The position numbers were made by a program, and so were the translations under genes. The notes under the pieces were generated by a model. The model saw nothing but the letters and a program-made list of their open reading frames with translations. It was not told where the DNA came from and ran no database searches. Shown one piece after another: positions 29,169 through 38,700 of a stretch of DNA of 64,000 nucleotides. The number at the start of each line of letters is the position of its first letter. The first letter of the stretch is position 1. This DNA is from a virus. The DNA lies in IMG/VR virus record IMGVR_UViG_3300022885_000003, positions 1-64,000 of that record; one strand, written 5' to 3'.

Positions 29169-29766
29169 ATTATATGAAACTCGACTCGAAATAGGATTTG
29201 AGCTACTACAGAAATTCAAAAGCATGGATGAGATTGGTGAGTTCGCTGGAAAAATTCAAGAAGATTGTTCCGATTTTCTATCCATACGAGGAACCGGCTG
29301 GCTTTATCGAGCAACCGACGATATCGGTAATCAAATTGGAATTGCATCACCTACTCCGGATCGCCCACCTCTTCATACTCCAAGAGAGGAGCATAATAAT
29401 GCGGTTCATTGGATGAAAAAGAATGGGGCTATTGCAAGGCGAGATAATTCTTTTTTCTGCTATAATAATCCATATGACACTGAAAATTTCGACCATGTAT
29501 ATGGCAATCGAATCTATTCAGTTGTGCCTATAAATGGATTTCATTATACTTGGTTTGATGGGGTTAATGATTTTACAATGCAGGGTCCCAAGGCAGGAAG
29601 ATACGATACTATGGATGAATTCGCAAAAGATCACCCAATACATGTCGATGAGGGATTGTCTCATGCGTTGAGTAATCCTGATAATTCTCCCGAAATTTTA
29701 ATACAAGGTCGTTGTTATTTTATACAAGAAAGCATTTTTGAAGATATGTTTAAGGATAAATTATGA
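29155..29766 (+). CDS. Leader-tagged (MRAIELYE) divergent R-type ART-like protein
   Basis: LYRA...ARRDNSFFC...YG..IY.VVP..FHYTW...EILI. Confidence 0.65.
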   Translation: MRAIELYETRLEIGFELLQKFKSMDEIGEFAGKIQEDCSDFLSIRGTGWLYRATDDIGNQIGIASPTPDRPPLHTPREEHNNAVHWMKKNGAIARRDNSFFCYNNPYDTENFDHVYGNRIYSVVPINGFHYTWFDGVNDFTMQGPKAGRYDTMDEFAKDHPIHVDEGLSHALSNPDNSPEILIQGRCYFIQESIFEDMFKDKL

Positions 29767-30446
29767 GAGCAATTGAATTATTTGAATCAGACGATATATC
29801 AATGAAAGAAGCTTGGAAGTTAATTCAACGCGATTGCCAACCATATCTCAGTCTTAAAGCCGATGATTTATATTTGTATCGAGGTATCGCGGAAATACAA
29901 TTTAATCCAAGAACATCTTTTCGTAAACTTCCAGTTAGACAAGATCGCCGACCCCTTGATTCAAACATAGATGACCATAATATTACTAATGCGGCAATGC
30001 AGGCGGCTGGATTTAAAGCATATAGAGGAAATTCGATTTTTTGCAGAACAACCCATGAAGGACTTGGTAACTATGGTTTACTTCATATGATTTTCCCAAT
30101 CGGAAACTTTAATATATCTTGGTCCCCTTCAGTTGGTGATTGGAACAACAATGGGCCAAATATTATCAATGATAATATTGAAGTCGATGAAGATACAACC
30201 ACAAACAAAAAAAACTCAATAACATTAAGTGATGGTGAAAAGGTAGTTTATGACAATTTAGTTGATTGGTTCGAAGATCATTATAAGGATAATGATTTAC
30301 AATACGCAATGGAAGACAGCCCCAATTCAGAAATCATGATTAATTGTAAAGAATACTATGCGGTTTTATTTGATAGTAGTAAATTGAAAAATAATATATG
30401 GGACTCATTTGAGTTAACGGAGATAATAGAACATGAAAGCAATTGA
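29763..30446 (+). CDS. Leader-tagged (MRAIELFE) R-type ART-like protein
   Basis: LYRG...RGNSIFC...YG....IFP...EIMI. Confidence 0.7.
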   Translation: MRAIELFESDDISMKEAWKLIQRDCQPYLSLKADDLYLYRGIAEIQFNPRTSFRKLPVRQDRRPLDSNIDDHNITNAAMQAAGFKAYRGNSIFCRTTHEGLGNYGLLHMIFPIGNFNISWSPSVGDWNNNGPNIINDNIEVDEDTTTNKKNSITLSDGEKVVYDNLVDWFEDHYKDNDLQYAMEDSPNSEIMINCKEYYAVLFDSSKLKNNIWDSFELTEIIEHESN

Positions 30447-30963
30447 ATTATTTGAAAATACCGAACTACAATGGAATAAGAATCCCCAGATTGGATGGTG
30501 GCTTGATAATGATCCGGTAACTTTTTATCACGGAACTCATATGCGCAATATTGAAGGTATTCTAAAGCATGGTATTTTTGCTCCTTCTGAAGGACCGACT
30601 GCTGGAAAGGTGAGCCTTGCCTTAGATCCCTATACCGCCTTTGGATACGCTGCAATGGGCGGAGATGGCGGCGAATCAAGTTTTCGTGGTGCAGGTCAGA
30701 AAGCTAAAACTACACCACCGAGTGATCGGGTTGTTTTTGTATTAGAAATCCCACAAAATTATTTCCTTCCGAGAATGGTTGATGCTCGAAGTTCTATGAC
30801 GGATCAAGCTGGAAAATTAGATGATCGAAGGGAATATGAAAATTTCAAACGGACAGCAATTGCACCAAATAATACAGATCATCTTTATTACGCATTAACC
30901 GAAATACGTTTACCAGAACATGTTCCTGCAGAGTTTATTAAAGGATATATGTTCAAGAAATAA
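30433..30963 (+). CDS. Leader-tagged (MKAIELFE) His-type ART/Tpt1-like protein
   Basis: FYHGT..NI.GIL..GI...SLA.D...A.GYA...TEIR....VP. Confidence 0.7.
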   Translation: MKAIELFENTELQWNKNPQIGWWLDNDPVTFYHGTHMRNIEGILKHGIFAPSEGPTAGKVSLALDPYTAFGYAAMGGDGGESSFRGAGQKAKTTPPSDRVVFVLEIPQNYFLPRMVDARSSMTDQAGKLDDRREYENFKRTAIAPNNTDHLYYALTEIRLPEHVPAEFIKGYMFKK

Positions 30964-31024
30964 GTATTGAATTGAGCAATTAACTAATGTTATATTATTA
31001 ACTTAAAAGATCAAGGGAGATAAT

Positions 31025-31540
31025 ATGAAAATAATTAACCTATTTGCGGGTCCGGGTTCCGGCAAATCGACAACTGCGGCTGGTCTATTTCATAAAATGA
31101 AAATTGAAGGCTGTAATGTAGAAATGGTGACAGAGTACGCCAAAGATATGACCTGGGAGAATCGACATAACGTATTGTCAGATCAGTTATATCTTCTCGC
31201 AAAACAGAATCGCCGCATTCATCGTTTAGAAGGAAAGGTTGATTATGTCGTTACTGACTCACCAATAATTATGGGTGTAGTTTATACAGATCCAAAATAT
31301 TATCCATCGTTCTTTAAAATGATCGGTGAAATATTTCATTCATACAATAATTGTAACTTTTTTCTACATCGACCCGAGACTTATTCAGAAGTGGGGAGAA
31401 ATCAAACGTTAACTGATGCAAAAATACTTGATACAAAAATCATTAAACTACTAGAAGAATACGAAATCAATTATAAAGAAATTAATGTAACTGATAAAAA
31501 TCTATTCGATAAAATTATGAAATGGTCAATTGATAATTAA
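31025..31540 (+). CDS. NadR-like P-loop kinase/ATPase
   Basis: GPGSGKST, EYAK, VVTDSP, GRNQ. Confidence 0.8.
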   Translation: MKIINLFAGPGSGKSTTAAGLFHKMKIEGCNVEMVTEYAKDMTWENRHNVLSDQLYLLAKQNRRIHRLEGKVDYVVTDSPIIMGVVYTDPKYYPSFFKMIGEIFHSYNNCNFFLHRPETYSEVGRNQTLTDAKILDTKIIKLLEEYEINYKEINVTDKNLFDKIMKWSIDN

Positions 31541-31595
31541 CTTATAAAATCTCCAGCTAAATATATGCGTATATAACTTAACTAGGAGATTTATA

Positions 31596-31991
31596 ATGTT
31601 TGATCAACTTTATACATATAAGATTACAGACGTAGTAAAGAATTATGATGGTGACACGGTTACGGTAGTTATTGATGTGGGTTTCCATATTACTCGTCAA
31701 GAAAGAATCCGTCTACTTAACATTGATACCGAAGAATTACGTGGCGGGACAGTTCAATCAAAGGCTCGTGGCTATGCCGGTAAAGACCGTTTAGCTGAAC
31801 TTCTTGCAATGGGGCAAGTATACGTTATCACGGAAAAGGACCACACCGGAAAATATGGTCGTTTGTTGGGATGGCTTTATGTTAAGCAAGATGATGGAAA
31901 AATCATCGACGTTAACAAAACTCTTGTGGCTGAAGGTTATGAAAAGGGTGTAACAACACCACTTATTGAGTCTGTACAATATACATCTTAA
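31596..31991 (+). CDS. Thermonuclease (SNase) family protein
   Basis: DGDT, RIRL..IDT.E, GKYGRLL, N..LVAEG; CTAAATA at 31557. Confidence 0.9.
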   Translation: MFDQLYTYKITDVVKNYDGDTVTVVIDVGFHITRQERIRLLNIDTEELRGGTVQSKARGYAGKDRLAELLAMGQVYVITEKDHTGKYGRLLGWLYVKQDDGKIIDVNKTLVAEGYEKGVTTPLIESVQYTS

Positions 31992-32053
31992 TTAGTATTT
32001 TAACCCAACTTGTGTTATTATAATTATGATTATAGAAGCTAGGAAAGCTAACA

Positions 32054-32338
32054 ATGAGTAATGACTTCGAAGTCCCAGGTGAGCTAGAAACACTGCAAGG
32101 AGAAATATCTCAATTGATACATGAGACTATCTCAGCAATTCCTACTGATGTAGAGGATGATGAATATACTAACATTCTTAGCACGTTGTCAGATAATATT
32201 ATCGCTCATATTGTTCTTGTGGACCCAATAAGAATAGGTGCATCTGTACAAGTCCCTGCTAATGTTATCCATGCCCGGACAATGCACCTAGTTGCTGATG
32301 CTTATTTGAAAGATAATGACTCTGAATATAAGGGTTGA
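32054..32338 (+). CDS. Acidic hypothetical protein
   Basis: ORF with AGGA RBS. Confidence 0.65.
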   Translation: MSNDFEVPGELETLQGEISQLIHETISAIPTDVEDDEYTNILSTLSDNIIAHIVLVDPIRIGASVQVPANVIHARTMHLVADAYLKDNDSEYKG

Positions 32339-32385
32339 CAATCAATCTAAAATTTAGTATACTTTACCAAATTATGGAGAATGAT

Positions 32386-32553
32386 ATGAGTACGTATTGG
32401 TTCCCGATTGGTTTAGCAATTTTTGGAATTGTGATGCTTTCATTTATTTGGTGGCTGCACCAAATGAGAAAAAGGCTTCATCAACAAGGCATTGTTGGTT
32501 ATAATGAAGAAATAACCTGGTCGGAATTTTGGAAAAGAATCAAAAGACTTTAA
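32386..32553 (+). CDS. Small single-TM protein
   Basis: Follows promoter TTGACA(32335)-N17-TATACT; GGAG RBS. Confidence 0.65.
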   Translation: MSTYWFPIGLAIFGIVMLSFIWWLHQMRKRLHQQGIVGYNEEITWSEFWKRIKRL

Positions 32554-32596
32554 TTAGTTTTTAATTGTATATAATAGATCTAAGGAAGGAAAAATA

Positions 32597-32890
32597 ATGT
32601 TACCTAAAGGCGGAAATCCATTTGCGGGTCCAGAGCGTTTTCAGAAACCTGAAAAGGGCAAGGAAAACAGGACTGTACATTTTGTCTTCGACGAAGTAAC
32701 GCTTGAAAAGGCCAAGGATTGGCTCAACGAGGAAGACATGCCATTTAAAACCATGCCTAAGACTCCCAAGAAACCGAAAGATGGCACTCTTTTTATCTTC
32801 GATGAGCAGTCCGACGCATTGCTGTTTAGGATGCAATGGGAAGATGAAGATAAGCGTTATTCGAAAAGGACTGGAGGAAAGACTGGATGA
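32597..32890 (+). CDS. Hypothetical protein, DA.LF(K/R).W family
   Basis: WLNEED...FIFDEQSDALLFRMQW. Confidence 0.75.
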   Translation: MLPKGGNPFAGPERFQKPEKGKENRTVHFVFDEVTLEKAKDWLNEEDMPFKTMPKTPKKPKDGTLFIFDEQSDALLFRMQWEDEDKRYSKRTGGKTG

Positions 32891-33234
32891 CATTTGAACC
32901 TAATCAGAAAGTGATGGTTCGTCGACTTGGTGATGGGAAAGAATATCGAGGACGGGTTGTTGGTCTTCATTCCGAACACGACACTTGTTCATTTTATATT
33001 ATCGAAATGATAGATAGAATTGCTAATTCCAAGTGGAGTCATGCAGTGCATATAACCTCGTGCCTTGATGCTGAAGAGTGGGCATTTGATAATCGAAGGG
33101 ATATCGAAAGTCATGTCCAAGAAGAAATGGATAGGGTGTATGGAAAAGATGTTGTAGAAGAAGAGGCAATCTTAGATCACAATGATCGTCCAGAAAACCA
33201 GCCCGGACAGCCGTTTGCGGTCCGTCAACATTAA
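32887..33234 (+). CDS. Hypothetical protein with SH3-like N-terminus
   Basis: GGAGG RBS; ATGA overlap. Confidence 0.7.
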   Translation: MTFEPNQKVMVRRLGDGKEYRGRVVGLHSEHDTCSFYIIEMIDRIANSKWSHAVHITSCLDAEEWAFDNRRDIESHVQEEMDRVYGKDVVEEEAILDHNDRPENQPGQPFAVRQH

Positions 33235-33241
33235 AAAATTG

Positions 33242-33272
33242 TTGACAATTCTATTTTAATCAAGTATAAATA
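33242..33272 (+). promoter_or_regulatory. Composite early/late promoter of the tRNA
   Basis: TTGACA-N17-TATAAA, where the -10 is part of TATAAATA. Confidence 0.65.
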
Positions 33273-33285
33273 TGTTTGTTATTTT

Positions 33286-33358
33286 GCCGCTATAGCTCAG
33301 TTGGTAGAGCGGGTGATTTGTAATCACCAGGCCCGTGGTTCGAATCCTCGTGGCGGCA
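33286..33358 (+). tRNA. tRNA-Thr(UGU), CCA not encoded
   Basis: Acceptor GCCGCTA/TGGCGGC, D arm GCTCAGTTGGTAGAGC, anticodon arm GGTGA-TTTGTAA-TCACC, T loop TTCGAAT. Confidence 0.95.
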
Positions 33359-33441
33359 CTCATTTCGCTGGCGGCGTTTCTCCTTGACATGTTATAATAT
33401 CTTTTATACTATATACCGGAACAGATATAGAAAGATTCAAA

Positions 33442-33777
33442 ATGACAAAGAAAACATCTTTTAGGAAAATCGTTGAAGATCAACAGACAAAAATCCTAAA
33501 TTTTTTACAGAATAATAATTCCTTTAGTGATTCGCAGCTAGAATTTCTACAAGCGAAACATAACCCAAAGGGAATTATTTTTAGAAACTTTTACCAAAGT
33601 TATGGGAAAGGAAATGACCAGCAATCCTTTGAGATAATACGCCTTTCCAATAAACATGGTGTATCCAAAGAACATATATTAGAAGCAGATATAAGTTTTC
33701 GATACAACATGGATTCATGTTTTCATTTAGCTGAAAATATGGGTATTAGCATTCGAGAATCTGGAAAATATTATTAA
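33442..33777 (+). CDS. Hypothetical protein
   Basis: Downstream of TTGACA at 33384. Confidence 0.6.
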   Translation: MTKKTSFRKIVEDQQTKILNFLQNNNSFSDSQLEFLQAKHNPKGIIFRNFYQSYGKGNDQQSFEIIRLSNKHGVSKEHILEADISFRYNMDSCFHLAENMGISIRESGKYY

Positions 33778-33787
33778 GAATCAAATA

Positions 33788-34084
33788 ATGAATTGTTACA
33801 CAACAGTTATGAATTATGAAGAATTCTTAGCCCTATCAACCCCCGAGGATCGATCTAGATTTCTCTTCAAAGTAGCTAAAATAGACAACGAAAAACGTTT
33901 TAAAGAACAGCCAACCGCCACTCACGATGATCTTATGACAAAGTCATACCAAGAAATATTAAGTTGGTGTGAAGAAAATTGTGAAGAAAATGCACTAGTT
34001 CATCTATCGCGGGGATATGTAATCACAGTATATTTCTCCTCCACTGAAGATTTGGTTAAATTTAAACTAACAATGCAAAAATAA
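33788..34084 (+). CDS. Hypothetical protein, DA.LFKL family
   Basis: WCEENC...VYFSSTEDLVKFKLT. Confidence 0.75.
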   Translation: MNCYTTVMNYEEFLALSTPEDRSRFLFKVAKIDNEKRFKEQPTATHDDLMTKSYQEILSWCEENCEENALVHLSRGYVITVYFSSTEDLVKFKLTMQK

Positions 34085-34199
34085 TAAAAATTATATTGTA
34101 TTCCGATATACCAATCCCATATAATACTACTTTAATGATGCTATGATGGTCATAGCATTTATACAAAACTTTGAAATCTAATTGAAAGAGGGTTTAGTT

Positions 34200-34445
34200 A
34201 TGAATACAGCAAAAGTTCGCCTACCAAACGGTCGTCGTCTAACAGCCGTTGTTGGTGGTATCAACGACACGGGTTATCGCACCGCCAAGGTAAAGATGGT
34301 CCGTTCTGACGGTGAGCAGGTTACTATTGCTGGCCGTATCACTACGCGCCATGGTTTTGACCGCACACTTCCTTTTGAAGTCAACATGCTCGGCACAAAT
34401 GCCATTCATGCTTTCGAAGGAGATGACACAGTTTACTCAAAGTAA
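34200..34445 (+). CDS. Small basic beta-rich protein
   Basis: GAGGG RBS; CGT/GGT-rich codons; hairpin upstream at about 34138-34158; terminator downstream. Confidence 0.75.
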   Translation: MNTAKVRLPNGRRLTAVVGGINDTGYRTAKVKMVRSDGEQVTIAGRITTRHGFDRTLPFEVNMLGTNAIHAFEGDDTVYSK

Positions 34446-34465
34446 ATTGTCGACGATTGTACAGT

Positions 34466-34508
34466 GAAAAAGCGTCGATCGGTGTTAGGGTGCTGACGGC
34501 GTTTTTTC
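34466..34508 (+). terminator. Probable intrinsic terminator
   Basis: AAAAAGCGTCG...CGGCGTTTTTT. Confidence 0.55.
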
Positions 34509-34548
34509 ATTTGTAATACATTGACATCATTAATGAAAATATCGCTTT

Positions 34549-34824
34549 ATGCTATATAAATATACGAAATACAATCCCTGTACGTACAGATTAATCGATC
34601 ATTATGAACATCACATAATAATTGAAAAGCATGAACATCAAATTGTATTCCCAAATAACCATATGGATGATAAAATATTTGAATGGTGCAATGAAATAAT
34701 TGGAAACTTTTGTACTCCATTCAATAAAACACGTTCATTCGCTTGTTCAAGTCGGCACTCGGATCCATTTTATGTGTTTACTTCTTACGACGATGCGTTA
34801 TTGTTTAAGGTGACGTGGGAATAG
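34549..34824 (+). CDS. Hypothetical protein, DA.LFKL.W family
   Basis: EWCNE.IG...FTSYDDALLFKVTW. Confidence 0.75.
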   Translation: MLYKYTKYNPCTYRLIDHYEHHIIIEKHEHQIVFPNNHMDDKIFEWCNEIIGNFCTPFNKTRSFACSSRHSDPFYVFTSYDDALLFKVTWE

Positions 34825-34888
34825 AAATTGACATAATCTTAAATAATGTTATACTCTATCTATACAGAGATAATTGCAGGATTAAAAT

Positions 34889-35068
34889 ATGTCATTTGAA
34901 ATTCAGAATAAACCGGCATTAATTTGTGGCGTTGTGTTCATGTGTCTATCCTTGATACCTGGATATGACACGATAGTATTAGATGCTGGGCCGATACCAT
35001 TTCTTTTATTTCCAATTTTCATAGCCGTATCACTAGGATCTCTTGCTGCGGCATTTACAAAAATTTAA
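34889..35068 (+). CDS. 59-aa two-TM membrane protein, not in the ORF track
   Basis: MSFEIQNKPALICGVVFMCLSLIPG...LLFPIFIAVSLGSLAAAFTKI; promoter TTGACA(34828)-N16-TATACT and AGGA RBS. Confidence 0.65.
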   Translation: MSFEIQNKPALICGVVFMCLSLIPGYDTIVLDAGPIPFLLFPIFIAVSLGSLAAAFTKI

Positions 35069-35171
35069 ATCGAGACGGGAATGATAGAAAGATATTTTTA
35101 CAAATATCACGCAATGTTATCATTTTTAAGGTATTGTAACTTTCTCAAAAATTGCTATAATAACAGATATT

Positions 35172-35396
35172 ATGACATCATATATTGTTAGATACCAACA
35201 TTATCACGACCCTTTTGAAAGCCACGAAAGCGAAGTCGTTGATTGGTTAAAGTATAATACCGACAATGGCTATATTAAGGAGTCTAATTGGGATATGACG
35301 ATAAACAGCAATCTCGAGGCCATATATAGCAGGATATTAAGAGTTCGCTTCATGAACAAAGACGACGCCATAATATTTAAATTGAGATGGGTATGA
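35172..35396 (+). CDS. Hypothetical protein, DA.LFKL.W family
   Basis: DWLKYN...RFMNKDDAIIFKLRW. Confidence 0.75.
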   Translation: MTSYIVRYQHYHDPFESHESEVVDWLKYNTDNGYIKESNWDMTINSNLEAIYSRILRVRFMNKDDAIIFKLRWV

Positions 35397-35776
35397 TAGC
35401 AGGATTTACAGGAACACAAAGCACAATGTCAACGGATCAATTTGATCGATTAGTTAAATTATGCAAAGATTATAAAATAACCGAATTGCATCACGGTGAC
35501 TGTGTTGGAGCCGATGCAGTTGCACACGATATTGCGGAATCACTTAACATTCGAACCGTAATTCACCCACCAATTAAACCATTCAAACGGGCGTTTAAGA
35601 AGGGTGATATGATATTGCCGATGAAAGATTATTTGGTCAGAAACCGAGACATTGTTAATGCCTCGGAAATTCTGTTTGCTTGCCCCAAAGGACCAGAAGA
35701 ATTACGTTCAGGAACTTGGTCAACGGTTAGATATGCTCGGCGAGTTAAGAAACCAATTGAAATTGTTATGCCTTAA
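35393..35776 (+). CDS. SLOG/DprA-like Rossmann-fold protein
   Basis: GFTG, HHGDCVGAD, RNRDIV, SGTWSTVRYA. Confidence 0.8.
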   Translation: MIAGFTGTQSTMSTDQFDRLVKLCKDYKITELHHGDCVGADAVAHDIAESLNIRTVIHPPIKPFKRAFKKGDMILPMKDYLVRNRDIVNASEILFACPKGPEELRSGTWSTVRYARRVKKPIEIVMP

Positions 35777-38700
35777 CTATTGTCTTTCTGTTCAGACTTC
35801 AAGCAACCATATGTTTCAACCGTTTCACCAGTATTTGCATTTTTAGATTCAAGAATAACATCAAATCCCCATAACGTATGAACATGTTTTAACATTTCAT
35901 CGGTATTATTATTCAATGGTATTTCATTTCTCATATAATGTGTTAGATACAATGTACGGTCTCCAAGTATATCGAAATCCGTAATCTGAATATCTGGAAG
36001 AATGCGATTAAGCTGATATTGCTTAGATAGAATTGATCGAACACGTTTGAAACCATAATCATCGTGAATGTTACTTACATCATATACTGGTCTTTTATTA
36101 TTATCATGAAGACTAAACAAATGCATCTTACGAATCAAGTGCGGTGATAGATATTGCAAAATAAATGATTCATCTTTGAAGTTTTCCATTGCATAATTTA
36201 ATGTAGGGAGCCAGGGCTGACCAACAATACTTGGAAACCATTCTTCATCTTCTTTAGTTGGCTTTTCACACATTCTTTTGATATCATGGAAGATATTGAA
36301 TCCAAGATAATACGGATTAAAACCACCTTGATAATATGGTGAATCAAAATCTGGCTGGAATACAACACCAGAGTGACTCTTTAGAAATTCAAGCATATTT
36401 CCATCCGAAATTCTATCCTGTTCCCATAAATCATACATCAAATGGTGATGCCAAAAACTTGCCCACCCTTCGTTCATAACTTTTGTATTATGGGATATTA
36501 ATCCATCAGTCCAAAATAAATGATTTTCTGGAACAGTTACATCATATACCCATTCTATATTTCCCTTTTCTATACTTACTATTTCATCATAATAATTATT
36601 AGATGCATTGCTTATTAATTCTAATGCTTCTTTTATTTTCGGATGACAATCTTTAATTTTTTCTAAACGTTTAATTAAGCAATATGATATTTGCTCAATC
36701 GCTACGTTATTTAGAGATAGATTAGGGAAGGCATCTAAACAATCTAATCCGGTATCTTTTAATAACAAATTATTTTTTACCTTATATGCGTAATTACTCT
36801 TTTGGTAGTTATCAGTAGCTGTATGGGCAATCTGTAATTTTTTAATAGCAGCCTTGGCTTCGATTAATACTTCTTTTCCGTTAGGAATAACTCTATTACC
36901 TTTTAGTAGTTTGATTTTAGACCGCTTAGTTCCTATTTCATCATAGAACTTGTTAGTAAAATCTGAATATATTTTTAAAGAATAATCAACGGCTTTAATA
37001 TCTTCACAATCCGGAATATTTAAAGCAAATGCAATAGACTCGAATGATTCTCTTTCTTTTATGTTGACTTTTGGTATTATACCGAAACCAGTCAGTATTA
37101 CTGATAACGTTTGTAAGTCATCATAATCGTCAGAATAACCGGCGATGGCAATGTTACCACGTTCATACGATTTTTTTGAAATTCTGGTATCAAAGAAACC
37201 ACTTAGATATTCTTTCATGTATTCTTTTTTCAAACTAAGAACAAACTTTGGTAATTCATGTCTTCTAGTTATAGATATATTTTTAAACCATATGTCTTTT
37301 AACATCATAGAAGCAAATTCGACTTTATACGACGAATAATATTCTTTAGATTTAACAACAATGCCAAACACTTTGTTGAGTAAATGAACAACGTCATCTG
37401 CTATTTCTTTTGTATCTGTAACGAATTTAAATAAAGATGCCGTTCGTCTATAGTCTGTAATAGTAGCACCCGATAAATAACCAAATAACCTGGCCGAATC
37501 ATTATTAAAATGTGTAGGCATTTTCGTTATTTTGTTTTTTGACATAGTTAATTTATATTCGTCTGAAATACAACTACCATATTCTTTTTTGTAAAAATCT
37601 ATATCGATACTATGCCGTTGTACAATATGACTTGCAATCGAGGAAGATTGTAAACCACATATCTTACATTCGATAACATCTAAATTATATTTAGGATATT
37701 TTATTTCTACTTCTTTATGCCCGAATATATCATAATCTAATTTATAAACAAGATATTCACCAGGACTCATATCCTCTAAACGCGTCATACATACTAAACC
37801 ATTATTAGATAATACTTGTAATGGGTGTTCAGGAGTGGCTGTAAAGGTTCTACCAGATTTAGTAGTTATTTTAAATGTGTCAGCTTGTTTTTTATATGTA
37901 TGAGAAATAGCTGTCGTTTTATTGCCTTCGGTTAATAAATTAAACCCAGGATGTTCTGCGATTCCTTCTGTTACGATTAGGTCTTGTAATCTAATTAAAC
38001 CATTTTCATTACTAACAAAATGATTACCAGTAAGACACTGCATTTGTGGATAAAAATACTGAGCCATTTTGCGGACGATGCGGACAATTTCACGCTGCCA
38101 CTGTTCAAGTACAGGACTATTTTTCTCAATGAAATATAAAAGGTTTTCTTGTGGTTCGCTCAAGAATTTTTTCTTTCTGGCGTCTTGATCTTCCTTCTTC
38201 GTTGGTGGAAGCGTTTTCCATAAGTCATCAACTTGGCTTTGTCGATAAGTTTCTCTATCTTGTTGCCTTAATAATTCTTTAGACTTGGAAAGCTTACGTG
38301 GCTTTTTATAGCGGTCGACACCATGATTCATAAGTGCGTGACATGAATCAAGTGTCTCTTCGACCTTTTCCTGGCCATAACGTTCTTCACATTGTTTGAT
38401 ATAACGGCGGGCGAAAACTACATAATCAATGATTGCATCAGCATCAGTCCATTCTTTAAACAGGAAATTGTTCTTAAAGAAATTATTGTGGCCATAGCCG
38501 GCATGAGCAATAACCAATGTTTGCATAGTCATGCTGTTCTCTTCCATAAGATAATTGATGGTTGGGTTAGAGTTAATAACAATCTCATATGCCAATCCCA
38601 TTGCGCCTCTTTTATAATTTTGTTCATCATGGAGGAACCTTTTTCCATAACTCCAGTGGTGATACATATTTGGCATACCAACGGAAGTATATGCATCCAA

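Noticed and set aside
18905-30963. Integron cassette array
   Set aside because: The genes overlap or abut, with no attC-like palindromes and no integrase in the window
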